Shown here in pieces: positions 40,288 through 53,714 of a stretch of 64,000 nt of DNA. Location: assembly GCA_964016885.1 (NCBI GenBank), contig OZ024740.1, forward strand, positions 234,174,001-234,238,000. The letters are read 5' to 3'. The position numbers and the translations under genes were made by a program. A model generated the notes under the pieces. It saw only the letters and a program-made list of their open reading frames with translations. It searched no databases and was not told the origin of the DNA. This DNA is from Eledone cirrhosa. Taxonomy: Eukaryota. Each line of letters opens with the position of its first letter. Position 1 is the first letter of the stretch.

Positions 40288-40344
40288 ACTGCCTGAAGAG
40301 GTCACAGCCAATGATGGCTGTCACCGAAATATATATATAGCAGT
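40288..40344 (+). ncRNA. Type I hammerhead ribozyme motif
   Basis: ACTGC-CTGAAGA-GGT c ACAGCCA atga TGGCTGT c ACC-GAAA-TATATATA-TA-GCAGT; stems I and II fully paired, self-complementary stem III. Confidence 0.8.
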
Positions 40345-40879
40345 ATATCTATAATTTATACTAAACGAAGCCAAATTTCACATATTTGACTTAATCATTA
40401 TATACATATATATATATATAAGGAAAGAAATCATTCAGTAAGTGTAACAACTGTAACTCTATATTACATTACAGCCGATTCAGTAACAATCTTGCTTACA
40501 GCTATTGTCATGCAAACTTGTATACACGGATAATTGCATAATTAATTTTAGCTTAACACGAAGGGTAATGTCTCATCCTCAGACAGGTTTATTAGGAGTA
40601 TTGCGCTCATAGTCCTAAAATCGTGAGATCGATATCTGGGCCGAGTGGCATATTGTGTCTTTCAGAAAGACAGTCTAATTCCCAACACTCCTGTTCGCTC
40701 TGCTGAAAAATAAAATCGATGTATTCAAAGGACCAGCTTTTTTTACATACTGTCTCTATGAGAATGACGTTAAGACTTCTCATATTAGTGGAAATCTCAG
40801 CCATTTGCACGTCCATTTCACGAGCAGGCTTTTGTGGGGGGTTTTTTAACATCTGGAACACTCGTTACACAAACACACA

Positions 40880-40980
<101 letters not shown>

Positions 40981-41508
40981 GCGCCATTATGGTGATAACT
41001 CCATCCATGACTTGTTCAGTTTGACTTAATCTGCTGCTGTTTCTTAACATATTTGCTATCTGTGATGTCTTACGCAAACCAAAGAAATAATACTTTTACT
41101 ATTATTAATAGTTGGTATTTATCCTTTACTGACTATCTCTCTCTGGGTGTGTATATATGAGTGCATGTGTGTTTGTGTGTGTGCGTGCGTACGTATGTGT
41201 CTATGTGTGTGTATGTATGTATGTATGTGTGTGTATATATGTGTGTGTGTGTGTGTGATAGTTTGCTCTTCCCACTTCTTTGAAATGAGTTCTGTGTTTA
41301 TGTATGTGAATGCATTTAGTGGTTAGCTCTTACATCTGGGAATACTTATTTGCTCTGTATGTATGTATGTATGTATGTATGTATGTATGTATGTATGTAT
41401 GTGTATATATGCATGTATGTACGTATGTATGTATATATGCTTCTGTACATATATGTGTATCTATGTTTGCTTGTTTGTGTTAGGAGATATTTGTGCGGTC
41501 TGTGGTGT

Positions 41509-41671
<163 letters not shown>

Positions 41672-42093
41672 CGTGCGCGTGCGCGAGAGAGAGTGAGAGA
41701 AAGAGTTAGTGAGTTAATGAATGTGCGTGTCCCCATATTTATTTTGTTGTTTTTTGTTATTGTTATTTTTTTAATAAACTTCCCTTTTGAAATATATGAA
41801 ACATTTCTATGCGTTATTTTTCAGCAACGTTCTTTAGAGATATGTATTTTTGAATTACCAATACCGACAGAAGAGACTTGTTAATAACATATTGAATAAC
41901 CAATAAGAATTGATCTCACACTTAGCAATTGCCATGCGAAGCTACATCTATATATATTGTTATAATACATATGTTCTCCATGCTCAGACCTAGGAGTGTT
42001 GTATAAGATATGTAATCAAATGTTTAATATCTATAATTAAACATTTAATATATCATTACGGTGTGTTCAAATTAATAAAACGGTATTAGATGA

Positions 42094-43341
42094 CGAATTA
42101 AGTAAAACAATGTCGTCTGCAAATTCCAGCGGACTGATTCTACACCTGCCAGTTGTGACATCACTTCCAGCCCGGCTGCACATGTCAATTCTGTTCATGA
42201 AAATAATTGTTTCTACTTTAGGCACAAGGCCAGCAATTACCCAGTGCATTACTGATACTTTATTTTATCGACCCCGTAAGGATGAAAGGCAAAGTCAACC
42301 TCGGCGGGATTTGAACTCAGATCGTAAAAGGACGTAGCTATGCTGGAAAGCATGGCGTCCGATCCTCTACCGATACTGCCAATCCACCGTGAACAGGAGA
42401 GGTGTCAGTACGCACCCTTGGCGGAGTCCAACTCTCACATTGAATGTTTTCGATTTATTCCCAAATACTCAGACATTGGTATAGAGACATCAGGGCTACA
42501 AGAAGCTGACAATTGATCCCATACTCCCGCAGAACCTTCCACAGCAGGTCTCGTGGAAGGTGATCTCCGACATACACTTGATAGATTTGATGCTGAGTGC
42601 TGCATGGTTGGAATGAAAATCAATGTTGCGAAAACTGGGACACTCATCTTCTCAAGGAAGCCTACACAGTGCACTCTACATTTAAATGGAAGTCCACTGA
42701 AACAGGTGGAGGAGTTCGAGTATCTCAGGGCCTCGTTCAAGAATGATGGAAGGCAAGAGGCTGAATTAAGTGCAAGAATTGCAGAAACTGGTGCAGTAAT
42801 ACCCCAGCTTCAGCATTCTGTAATCTGAAGAAGAGAGGTGTGTGTGAAAGCCCGACTCCATATTTTTAATTATTATGGTCGCGAATTTTGGGTAATGACC
42901 GTAAGAATACAATCGCGAATACAGACGACTGAAATGGGGTTCTTCCGAAGGGTCTTTGGTGTTACGTTACTTGATAGAGTGCGTAGCTCAGAGATCAGAG
43001 AGTCACTCCAGGTAGAGCCGCTACTTCTCCGGATTGAAAGTTCACAGCTCCGATATTACGAGCATATGGTTAGATTGTCTCAGTAAAGAATCGCTAGGCA
43101 GATTTTACGGGCGAAACCAACTGGCAAGAGAACCAGGGGTAGACCTCGAGCAAGATGGCTGGATAATATCGATGAGCTCGTCTAGTCTCGCTTGGGGATC
43201 CAGCCGGATCAATTGGAAACGGTTGCTTCTGACAGAACCCGCTGGAAGGAACGGTTGAGGACAGTATCCGCATGTCCCTACCAGGAAGAAGAAGAAGAAG
43301 AAGAAGAAGAAGAAGAAGAAGAAGAAGAAGAAGAAGAAGAA
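42094..43341 (+). mobile_element. RTE-like LINE remnant with inverted 5' segment, (GAA)n tail and 12-bp TSD
   Basis: Minus strand 42094-42545 encodes GLRQGCVLTPLLF..LEFADDIVLLNSS; plus strand from ~42551 continues EGDLRHTLDRF..GMKINVAKT..FEYL; GGTATTAGATGA at 42082-42093 and 43342-43353. Confidence 0.9.
42203..42389 (-). mobile_element. SINE family A nested in the LINE RT
   Basis: Splits the LLF/IFM codons of the RT. Confidence 0.9.
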
Positions 43342-43504
43342 GGTATTAGATGATCTACATTGAATGTACATTTGTATGTATGGATGTATATATGTATGTA
43401 CTATGTATGTATCTATGTACGCATATATATATATATATATATATATATAATTGTTTCTACTTTTGGCGCAAGGCCAGCAATTATCCCAGTGCATTACTGG
43501 TACA

Positions 43505-45199
43505 TAACTCCTCAGCAGAATCAGTGAGTGCAACAAAAACAGGAACCTATCCAACTGCATAATAGGCAGTATGGATGTGGTGTCACTGTACCCATCCATT
43601 AACATTGATTTTGCTGTGGAAAAATGTGTGGAGATGATCATTGAGAGTGAGGTGGAGTTCTGCGACGTCGACACAGACGAACTGGGCCTCCTATTTAGAT
43701 TTACCTACGACACTAACTACCTAGACACCCATGACCTTAGACGTTTCTGCCCCAGTATACCCATAAAAGGTAGACCCCCCCACCATAACCTCAATGGCAA
43801 AAAAGACTCCCATGGGAAGGTGGATTGGGTGGACCAAAGCTATACGGACCCCCTAAAACAATGATCAGGTAAGAAAAATGGTCGCACATGCAATAGGGGC
43901 TAGTATCAAAACTACCCTAAAGGGCCACATATTCAAGTTCAACGAGAAGATCTACACCCAAAATGAGGGAGCAGCCATTGGCGTCAGCATAGCTGGTGAC
44001 GTTGCCAACCTTTTTATGGTATGGTGGGAAAGGAGACTCATGTACTCTCGTTACGTAGATATCAATATAGTAATAAGGACATCCCCACAAGAGAGCACTA
44101 ACAAGTTTGATTTAGAACGTAACCCAATGGAAAGCATCCGGCAGATAGCTAATTCCATACACCAGAGTATAACTGTAACTATCGACTACCCTTCCAAACA
44201 CCCTAACAATAGACTACCTGTATTAGACACGGAACTCTGGATTAATACTATAGACGAGAGAGCCCAAAATCTCCACTCACACTATGCTAAACCCATGGCC
44301 TCCAAATACCTGATACTCAAAATCTCAGCAATGTCCAGTAGTGCTAAGTTTAATATTCTGATCGCAGACTTGGTACGAGTGATGAAGAACGTGTCCCGCA
44401 TGTGCGACACAACAGAAATGGAAAGACACATCCAACACTTCATCAACCGCATGCAGTTCTCTGGCTACAACAAAAGAGACAGAATCAGAGTATACGAAGG
44501 AGCCACGGAGAAGTATAAGACCCTCATAGAACTGGACATGAAAGGAATTTGCCCATTATACAGGAGCAAATCATGGAATAGCTTAGATAGAACTAGACAT
44601 AAGATAGGGAGAGCCACCTCATGGTACGACAACCAGAGATACCAGAGTGTCATGTTTGTGGACGCTACCCCTGGAGGGAAATTAGCTAACCAGTGTAGAA
44701 AGGCCCTGAGAAAGACCCACTTAAAGAATAAGGTGGTAGAAAAGCCAGGAACCACCATAAAATCCCTGATCAGCAAAACCTACCCTTTTAAGAAAACCCA
44801 CAGTACTAATAGGAAATGTATCATATGTAGAGTAAACCCCCGGATAAACTGTAAAACTAGAAACGTAGTCTATAGCATAAGATGTACAGAGGGTACTTGC
44901 AGAAACATGACAACAACATACATAGGCGAGACAGCTCGTATCATAGGTGAAAGGATAGACCAAAACTGGGGCGAACTAAAAGGACGAAAAAACGGTTCAG
45001 TACTATACGAACATGCCAGACAACAACACAACGGTAAGATAGACAACATAGAAGTTAGAATAATATCTAAACTTAGAAATGACCCAGCAGATAGGCAAAT
45101 TAGAGAGGCCAGCGAAATAGAACTTAGAAGGCCTAGGCTAAACAGAAAAATGAATGGAATAACAACACCCAAACAAACAACACTGACCTAAGAGAAGTA

Positions 45200-45251
<52 letters not shown>

Positions 45252-45633
45252 CCAAACAAGAACACACATCAAACAAAACGCTATACACACACGCAAACGC
45301 ATGCGCAGAGAAGACAAAAAATAAACAAATAAATAAATAAATAAACAGACTAAATAAAGATGGCGTAAGCATACAATGCAACGGGAGGAAACATAATAGG
45401 ACCACTGACGATGTTGCAGATGTGCAACGAAAGAACTTTGATAGTCTATATATATGTGTTTGTGTCTATATTGTATCTGTATTTTTGACCGTTGGACAGT
45501 CACTGGCAACATTGAGGACCGCATAAATTAAATTAACTGATATAAAAGACACAGAAGCGAAAACCAACCAAACAGTGAGTGTGTTCTGTTATTAATTCTG
45601 GCAATATTATTACACAAATATGACCCTCCCCAA

Positions 45634-45640
<7 letters not shown>
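43505..45640 (+). mobile_element. Penelope-like element, RT + GIY-YIG, decayed, with 3' pLTR hammerhead
   Basis: GSMDVVSLYPSI, QNEGAAIG, SRYVD, LPVLD, NVVYSIRC..TYIGETAR; CTGACGA t GTTGCA gatg TGCAAC GAAA at 45405-45432. Confidence 0.88.
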
Positions 45641-45705
<65 letters not shown>

Positions 45706-45753
45706 TGTTATACTTGGGGAGGGTCATATTGTGTAATATTATATATATATATG

Positions 45754-45852
<99 letters not shown>

Positions 45853-45926
45853 TTATATATATACATTTATATATAAACATGTAAATGGATATATTATATA
45901 TATATATATAAAATATCCAATTGCAT

Positions 45927-46018
<92 letters not shown>

Positions 46019-46064
46019 ATACATGTATATAAGCATGTAAATTTGTATATCGAATAATATACGG

Positions 46065-46270
46065 TACGTTTATGAATAGACATTTGAAAGCCTTTAGCTG
46101 TGAATTTGTAAAGGTGGTGGCAAGGCTGTAACTACTGAGTTCCAGCAGAAGGAATGAGAAATTATCGACGTGTCTGTTTCTGGCTTCTGCTGGAACTCGA
46201 TAGGTGTTGCCTTGTCACTACCTTTACAAATTTATAGCCAAAGGCTTCCAAATGTTTATTTGTAAACATA
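46065..46270. repeat. Imperfect ~200-bp palindrome between (TA)n tracts
   Basis: CATTTGAAAGCCTTTAGCTGTGAATTTGTAAAGGT..GAGTTCCAGCAGAAG / CTTCTGCTGGAACTC..ACCTTTACAAATTTATAGCCAAAGGCTTCCAAATG. Confidence 0.8.
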
Positions 46271-46273
46271 TCT

Positions 46274-46334
<61 letters not shown>

Positions 46335-46339
<5 letters not shown>

Positions 46340-49120
46340 AAGAATGAAGAATAACATGCTCAACAGTACAAAAAGGGTTTTATTTACAGTATTAACATTT
46401 TTTTGATTGATTAAGTTGTCTAAAAATTGTTAATCACTTGAAGTTGTGCCACTCAATTTTAAATACAATGTATGCCTAATCAAATCATCAGAAACTGATT
46501 AAAAATATACACGGAAAATTCCTATACTAGGAAAATTCAAATCACATCAGTAATAAAGAAACAAAAAGGAGAAAAGAAAAAGAGAGAGAGAAAAAGAAAG
46601 AAGAAAAAAGAAAAGAGAAAAAAGAAAAAAGATGAAGAAAAAATAATAAATAAATAATAATAAATAAGTTAGAATGAAGATGATAAAAACAAATAAATAA
46701 ATATTGTGTGCGAAGAAAAGTGAACATATGATTGTTGAAGATAGTTGTTGTGTTGGTGGTTAAAATATAAAGATGCGATGGTATAAACTTTTAAAAACTA
46801 AATATATACATATATGTATTGGTTAAATTAATAAATTGGAAGTTATGTTAGAAGTGAAGAGAATACGATAGGATATAATGAAAGAGGTGAAATAGATTTA
46901 GGGAAAGAGAGTGAAAGAAAGAAAAGTTAGGAGGTTATGATGTTGATTCAGTGATTAGTTGATTTATTGACAGTTAATAATAATAATAATTGTTTCTACT
47001 TTTGGCACAAGTCCAGCAATTACCCAGTGTATTACTGGTACTTTATTTTATCGACCTCGTAAGGATGAAAGGCAAAGATAACCTCGGCGGGAATTGAACT
47101 TAGAATGGCAAGGGCCGTAACTCTATGCGTCAAAGCATGGCGCCAGACCCTCTACCGATACTGCCAAACAAATAATGGGTTATTATAATAGACTCGGGTG
47201 GTACAGTTTGAATTATGGAATTGTTAGCTCGAATCAAGTTGGTTTGAAATTAGCAAATTTAGTAGCAGCTTTATGCCTACAGAAAATTGACCGTTCAATT
47301 TTGCTGTTAAGCAGCATTTTGTTATATTTTACAATATGGAGCGACTCCATATTGCAAAGTCCGCAGTGGGACATTCCATCTTTATAAGCCTTTGCCCCTG
47401 ACAGTTTCGACCAGCTAATCCAGTATTCTTGGTTTGTATCTTTAAGCTGCCTGATTTTATTGGCGAGCGTTGTTGTGTTCATTAGTCTACGGTTCTTTAT
47501 AGAGTGTCTGTGGACGTACCATCTTTTTTTTAACTCCCCCATGCTAAGTTGCCTGAATTTATAGCACACAGGTACACTATATTTGACTCCAGGCATCTAT
47601 TTTGTAGTGGGCACTTATCCGGTAAGTGACAGTTACATTCTGAGGCTTTCCTGTGTGCCGGTTCATCGTTGCGGTTTTGTATGTTGTTATGTATGGGCTG
47701 AGATTTGGGTTTGTTGATGTTGTGTTGTGATGCGTTCTGACGTGTGTGTGGTTGTGATGTTGTTATGTGTTTGTGTTTTGTATTTGGTGTTATGGTGTTT
47801 GTTTGTAGGTTATTTTCATTAGAGATTCTTTTATAGTTAATTTTATGTATGTGTGATTCTATGTTGGTTGCAGTAGAGTAAGATAGTTTGATAGTATTTC
47901 TATTAAAGATTTTATGGTATTTGTGAAGTTTAGGGAAGTGCTTATCAAATAATTTAAAGAAGGTAGAAGGTAGTTTGGTTTTTATAGAGGAGTTAAATAT
48001 TGGATTGAACCATAAGTATTTCCTATCTCTGGATTTTTTATAGTTCCTAGGGGTCCTTATATTAGTATTCGGTTCATTTATTTCTGGTGCTCGTTGTCTA
48101 TTTCTATGTTTAGTCCTATATTTGTTATTTCTATAGGTGTGGGTGGTGTTATTGTTGTTAAGTGTGTTGTTGTTGTTTGTATCTGGTATTTATTTGAGCC
48201 TCTCTTTGTGGCCTGCCTTAAGTAAAGCTATGTTGTAGTAGTTCGCGTGTTCATTAAAAATATCTAGGTTAGAAGATAAGCGTGAAATTCTAAGCGATAC
48301 ACTATGTGCTATGGAATTAATTATGGAGCGAGGGTGGTTTGAGTTATAACTAATGTAGGCTAGATTTTAGTTATTTTTATGGAAGGGCTCTATTAGTCCT
48401 GTGTTTAGGTTGAGTGATACATCCAAGAAGTTAGCTTTTCTAGAGTTGAGTTCGAAAGTGATACTTAAGCCTAGTTTATTGAAGAAGGTTCTAATCTTTT
48501 TACGTAATTTTTCCAAGTTTTGATTATTTAAGTTTTTAGCTAAAAGTAGTGTATCGTCTCTATAAATTCCTCCCTGGAGGTTATCAAATTCCTTATGTAA
48601 GATATGTGCTATATATATTCCAACGATGTCTGTTACTTGAGCTGAGTCGTTAGATCCCATAGTGATATCAAAGCTATTCTGTCTGATTTTTCTTTCCCAG
48701 TAACTATTATCGAACCTAATGATAGTTCTCCTAGCACCTAGTATTATTCTAATTTAATCAGAGGATAGGTCCGAAAGATCATAAAAACAACTTCGAAACT
48801 GACCCTACTATCACGTTAATATGCCCATCGAAATCGGGTATAGGTAGAATTAGCAAGTATATACTAGATGGAATAATACCACAAATTAAAGACAAACTAA
48901 TAATTAAGCTTTGGGGTAACACTAACGAAGCAATAGATTAGTTTAGCAAATTAGACAATAAGGAAACATCCGACTTCATACAGTTTGACATCAATGACTG
49001 CTACTCCTCTATTTCTCCAGTCACCCTAAATAAGGCACTACCCTTTGCATAGAAAAACTCGGACCTATCCTCTGATGAAATTAGAATAATACTAGCTGCT
49101 AGAAGAACTATCATATAAGA
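46335..49120 (-). mobile_element. Decayed Penelope-like element (RT + GIY-YIG) with inverted 5' RT segment and nested SINE (46988-47167)
   Basis: MGSNDSAQVTDIVG, GIYRDD, NFLDV, LKKRWYVHRHS, CGLCNMESLHI..CRH on minus; upstream RT part (FIQFDI..YSSI) on plus at 48780-49120. Confidence 0.82.
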
Positions 49121-49146
49121 AAAATCATATATATATATATATATAT

Positions 49147-49880
49147 ATAAGTATGTATACGTACATACATATATGTATACAGACGTACAGTAGTATGTAT
49201 ATATACACATACATGCACACATATATATATATGTACGTATGGATTTACCGAACATTTATTATAATGCTCGGTTTGTTTGTAAACAAACATCCCGGATTAA
49301 GCCATACAGTGTTTAGCAACCATCGTTGCCCAATAAGCTTGAAACTAGTACATCGTTCCTTTGTCAGTGTTGAACAAAAGGGCAACAATGGTTGCTAAAC
49401 ACTGTACGGCTTAATTTGTTATAAACAAACCGAGCATTCATTTTTTCCATTTATCGTTTTCGGTGCGCCCGGCCGATTAACTCACTCGATATGCAAATTA
49501 GGCTGCTCATCCGTTAATATGCATAAGGAAAGTATATACTTTCAGATGTTCAATCATCTGGCAGGAAGGTATACGGTGCTGACGATAGCTAATAAGCTTG
49601 AAACTAGTACATCGGCCCTTTGTCAGTGTTGAACAAAAGGGCAACGATGGTTGCTAAACACTGTACGGCTTAATCCGGGATGTTTGTTTACAAACAATCC
49701 GAGCATTATAATAAATGTTCGGTAAATCCATACGTACATGTATATATATGTGTGCATGTATGTATATATATATATACTACTGTACGTCTGTATACATATA
49801 TGTATGTACGTATACATACTTATATTTAGGTAACAGCCGTACTAAGAGTGAGAAATGAAATTTCGTTTCATTTTTTCCAT
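49147..49880 (+). mobile_element. Foldback PLE-like pLTR element with minimal hammerhead
   Basis: Arms 49147-49331 / 49639-49822; internal partial direct copy 49332-49438; tail to ~49878; (TA)n flanks. Confidence 0.78.
49574..49614 (+). ncRNA. Minimal type I hammerhead ribozyme motif
   Basis: CGGTG-CTGACGA-tAGCT aata AGCTt-GAAA-CTAG-TA-CATCG; palindromic stem III. Confidence 0.72.
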
Positions 49881-49934
49881 ATATATATATATAATATTAT
49901 ATTATATTATATTTCATTATATTATATCATATTA

Positions 49935-50791
49935 GTTCATTTTCCTACGTGCAAGGAGCTGAAAAAACACTGCCTATACTGATTCTGTATTTTTGCTAAG
50001 TATGACAGTCACCTGAAATTGTTGTCAAAGAAATTTCATGGAAGATTTTGTGATTTCTCATCTTTTGAACATCAGTTTCCATTATTCTCAGCACTATTCA
50101 CCTTTGATGTTGCCAAGGCAGAACAAACCTACAGATGGAACTATTGCAAATGCAGTCAGATTCTACACCCAGAGCAAAGTATCTTCAGGTGGGGATACCT
50201 GGTTTCTTTTGATACCTTCCTGAAAAGTTAAAAAACTTCAGAAAGTTTGCCACAAAGATTATGGCAATGTTTGGTTCTACCTATGTGTTTGAACAGTTAT
50301 TTTCCTTCGTGAAATTAACAAAAACTTCTCAGAGAACAAGGCTGACTGATCAACACTTGTCATTTCTGATCAAAGTCGGAACTGTACAGACATTTGAGCC
50401 AGACATACCAAAAATTGTCAACAAAAAGCGGTGTCAAGCTTCAGGACAAAACACTAAAAATGGTTGAATAGTAGCAAATAAATGTTCAATTTTGAACTGT
50501 TGTAATTTTTGTACAATGTATTTGTTGCTGTTGCAAGCTGCAAGTATATGTTGCCATTTAAAATTTTAGTTTTTTGTCAAACAACTTCATTACTTTGTAT
50601 TCAGGAATGCTGTTAAAACATTTGTATGTACATTGTATGTTTCTGAATTTAAGTAACAGATTTTTCTGTAATAAATTTATTAATTGAGTTTAATTAGTTG
50701 TAATATGCACAATTAGTTGTCGTATGCGGCCCTCAGACAACACATATGTGACCCATGCGGCCCTTGGGGGACCTTCAGTTTGATATGCCTG
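49935..50791 (+). mobile_element. hAT (Charlie/GTF2IRD2-like) transposase 3' remnant with right TIR
   Basis: QMELLQMQ.., AMFGSTYVFEQLFSFVKLTKTSQRTRLTDQHL..PDI..KRCQAS; TIR GTTTGATATGCCTG at 50778-50791. Confidence 0.85.
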
Positions 50792-50919
50792 AATTATACC
50801 AACAGGAGCCTCTTGCTAGAAATAACAATCAAATCTCCCTTAAATCAAACTCTACCGCCTTAAGAAAGGAAACGTCACTTTGGATTCTATGGTCATAGAT
50901 ATTCCAGGGTATATAGAAA

Positions 50920-51335
50920 TATGATATGATGGCTATAGCTGGAACGTCTGTAAATATAAGTCTGCACAATTAGAACTGATTTATTGGTAAAGGAAAACAA
51001 CAACTGATATTCTTTTTACGATTTGAGGAAAATTCGGCAGTGAGCGTTCTCGTAGGACGCTCCTGACTATGGTATTTAATCTACTTTAGCCGTCAATTAA
51101 CCTTGCTACCTCATGTAAACTATCACGCTGAAAGTTAATCAATTGATCTTCCATATCATAAAATAAAACGCCATAACAGATTCATAATAAATAATGGCGC
51201 TCAGGTGAGTTGTCTCCCCTGTTTCCTAAATCTCTGCGACTGATAAAGTTATTTCCCATGTTTTATTGCAATTGATTTGCCGACGTATACCACGGCACGA
51301 TCTAATGTAGGAGTCTCTGTGCGGTTACACAATCT
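50920..51335. repeat. Left arm of ~415-bp inverted duplication (partner 56700-57128)
   Basis: High-identity reverse-complement match; 13-bp deletion between CAG repeats in this copy. Confidence 0.92.
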
Positions 51336-51443
51336 TAGTTAGGGAGCCGAAATACAAATAAGATACAGAGTTACTAACTCATATTGATACCCTGCAATTA
51401 ACAAGCTCAAAGTATAAATACTGAGCATTATATAATAATATAG

Positions 51444-51632
51444 GGCGGTGGATTGGCAGTATCGGTAGAGGGTCGGACGCCATGCTTTCCAGCATAGTTA
51501 CGTCCCTTTACGATCTGAGTTCAAATCCCGCCGAGGTTGACTTTGCCTTTCATCCTTACGGGGTCGATAAAATAAAGTACCAGTAATGCACTGGGTAATT
51601 GCTGGCCTTGTGCCTAAAGTAGAAACAATTAT
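51444..51632 (+). mobile_element. SINE family A, full length
   Basis: Nearly identical to 15538-15730. Confidence 0.92.
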
Positions 51633-51714
51633 ATTACCGCCAATCCACACCCGAGTATAAATACTGAGCATTATATAATAATATAATGCTCAGTATTTAT
51701 ACTCGGGTTATTAT

Positions 51715-53427
51715 TCCTCTGGCCTAATATGCGTCGTTTAATCACCGGTTGGGCACGTTCTTGCTTGAAGTGTCAGCGCTCTAAGATTCATCGGCATATC
51801 TGCGCTCCTCTTGGGAAATTCAGCCCGCCAGACGCACATTTACGTCATATACACATGGATATTGTTGGTCCATGGCCCGTTAGTCGTGGGTTCACATACA
51901 TATTGACTTGTATCGATCGTTTCTCTCGGTGGCCTGAGGCCATACCCTTAGTGCACATAACAGCACAGTCCGTTGCCCGAGCTTTCATTTCCAATTGGAT
52001 TGCTCGTTTCGGTGTTCCTACTAAAATAACTACGGATCGGGGACGCCAATTTGAGGCTTCCTTATTTCGTGAAATATCACGACTCTTGGGTGCTCATCAC
52101 ATCCATACGACCAGCTATCACCCAGCCTCCAATGGAATGATCAAGAGGTTTCATAGACAGTTGAAAGCTGCACTTCGTGCTACTCCTGATCCACAACGTT
52201 GGACTGAATTTTTGCCTATCGTGCTTCTTGGTTGTCGTGCTGCCATTAAGACAGATTTAGGTTTTTCTTCTGCTGAACTTCTTTATGGTACCACATTGTC
52301 TCTTCCTGGACAAATGTTAGCACAAGTGGATTCATCACATCTTGACCCAGCATCATATGTCACCAGGATTCGTTCGTATTTCTCGGATCTTCCACCGATG
52401 AACCCTCGTGACCAATCTATTTCTTCTGCTGTCCAATCGGACATCTCTACATGGACACACATTTTCATACGGAATGATTCCGTCAAGGGACCTCTTACGC
52501 CACCCTACAATAGACCTTTTCGTGTGCTTTCGCACACACCAAAACACTTTACAGTGGCTGTCAATGGTCGAAATGAGGTAATATCCGTTGACAGAGCAAA
52601 GAAGGCTTTCTCTGAAAGTCTCACATCATTGCCTGACATACCTCGCACATACACTCCCACACAAACACCTTCACCTCCACAGCAAACACCACATACCACA
52701 CAACCATATGTCACACGAAGTGGCAGGACAGTAATATGGCCACGGAAACTCTCAAAAACAATATTCGTCTAACCCCTAGTAGCATTAACTATCTGACTTT
52801 GAAAAATGTTGAACTTATTTTTTAGCACTATTTTCCTTGCTCCCTTGTACTGTTTTGATTTGTATTGTTCCAGTTACATTTTTCTGCATGTTTTATTCAT
52901 TCATGTTCTTGTACCTTTGCTTTGCTCCTCATGTTTTCGCTACAATGATTTCATTTGGTCATTCGACTTCTCGTCTGAGAGGGGAATCTTGTAGCGCTCT
53001 CTAGACAGGGAAGTAGTTAGAGTTACTTCCCGTCGAAAGTCTAGAACCCTCTTTTGCAATTTCCGGAAAGAGGTTATAAATAGCGGCAACACAGCCAGCT
53101 CTTTCTCTCTTTGGCGCCTTTCCTTCGAACCGATAACACTGAAGATGAACATGTTAATCACGGGCCTTGGACTATACCTAAATATGTACGAGGATATTTG
53201 TGTACCACAATTATAACGGAGTTACAATAAAATGAAAACTCGTATTCGATATGGTGTTTTGTAAATATATCTTATCCTTTTCTGTATAAAAATTAGTAGT
53301 TAGATTCCGGTGATATTTACTCAAGTAAATAATCCTGGGTCCTGCAACACTAAAATGGTGACCCGACGTACAGAAACACCAACTACTAAAATGGTGACCC
53401 GGCGTACAGAAACACCAACTACTAAAA
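51715..53427 (+). mobile_element. Gypsy LTR retrotransposon fragment: integrase, PPT, LTR (52990-53349), PBS
   Basis: ORF 51729-52772: [47 protein letters not shown] (catalytic E replaced by K); GAGAGGGG PPT; TG..CA LTR with TATAAATA and AATAAA; TGGTGACCCGACGT (tRNA-Trp-like PBS) at 53356. Confidence 0.9.
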
Positions 53428-53714
53428 CGGATTATCTGTTACAAACACAATTTTCAGGGCGAAACAGATTAAATCTCTAATCTGTCCGAGAGATGAAATA
53501 GTTATTGAGACGGTCTGTATATATATTATATATCTTACGTTTGCTTTAGGTTAAATTTATCAAACTAATGTGGTATTTCAACCCTCGTAATTTTAGACAC
53601 ACAATTTACTGTATTTATTTCTACATATATTATTATATAATGCTCCTCAATATTTATACTTTGCGCTTGTTAATTGCAGGGTATCAATATGAGTTAGTAA
53701 CTCTGTATCTTATT

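Noticed and set aside
49074-49082. CTGATGA as a hammerhead core (likewise minus strand ~46484-46490)
   Set aside because: The first lies in RT coding sequence; neither has a matching stem II-GAAA-stem III.
53349-53427. CRISPR-like 36-bp repeats (also the 63-bp repeats at 61150)
   Set aside because: Contiguous tandem units without unique spacers, no cas genes, eukaryotic context.
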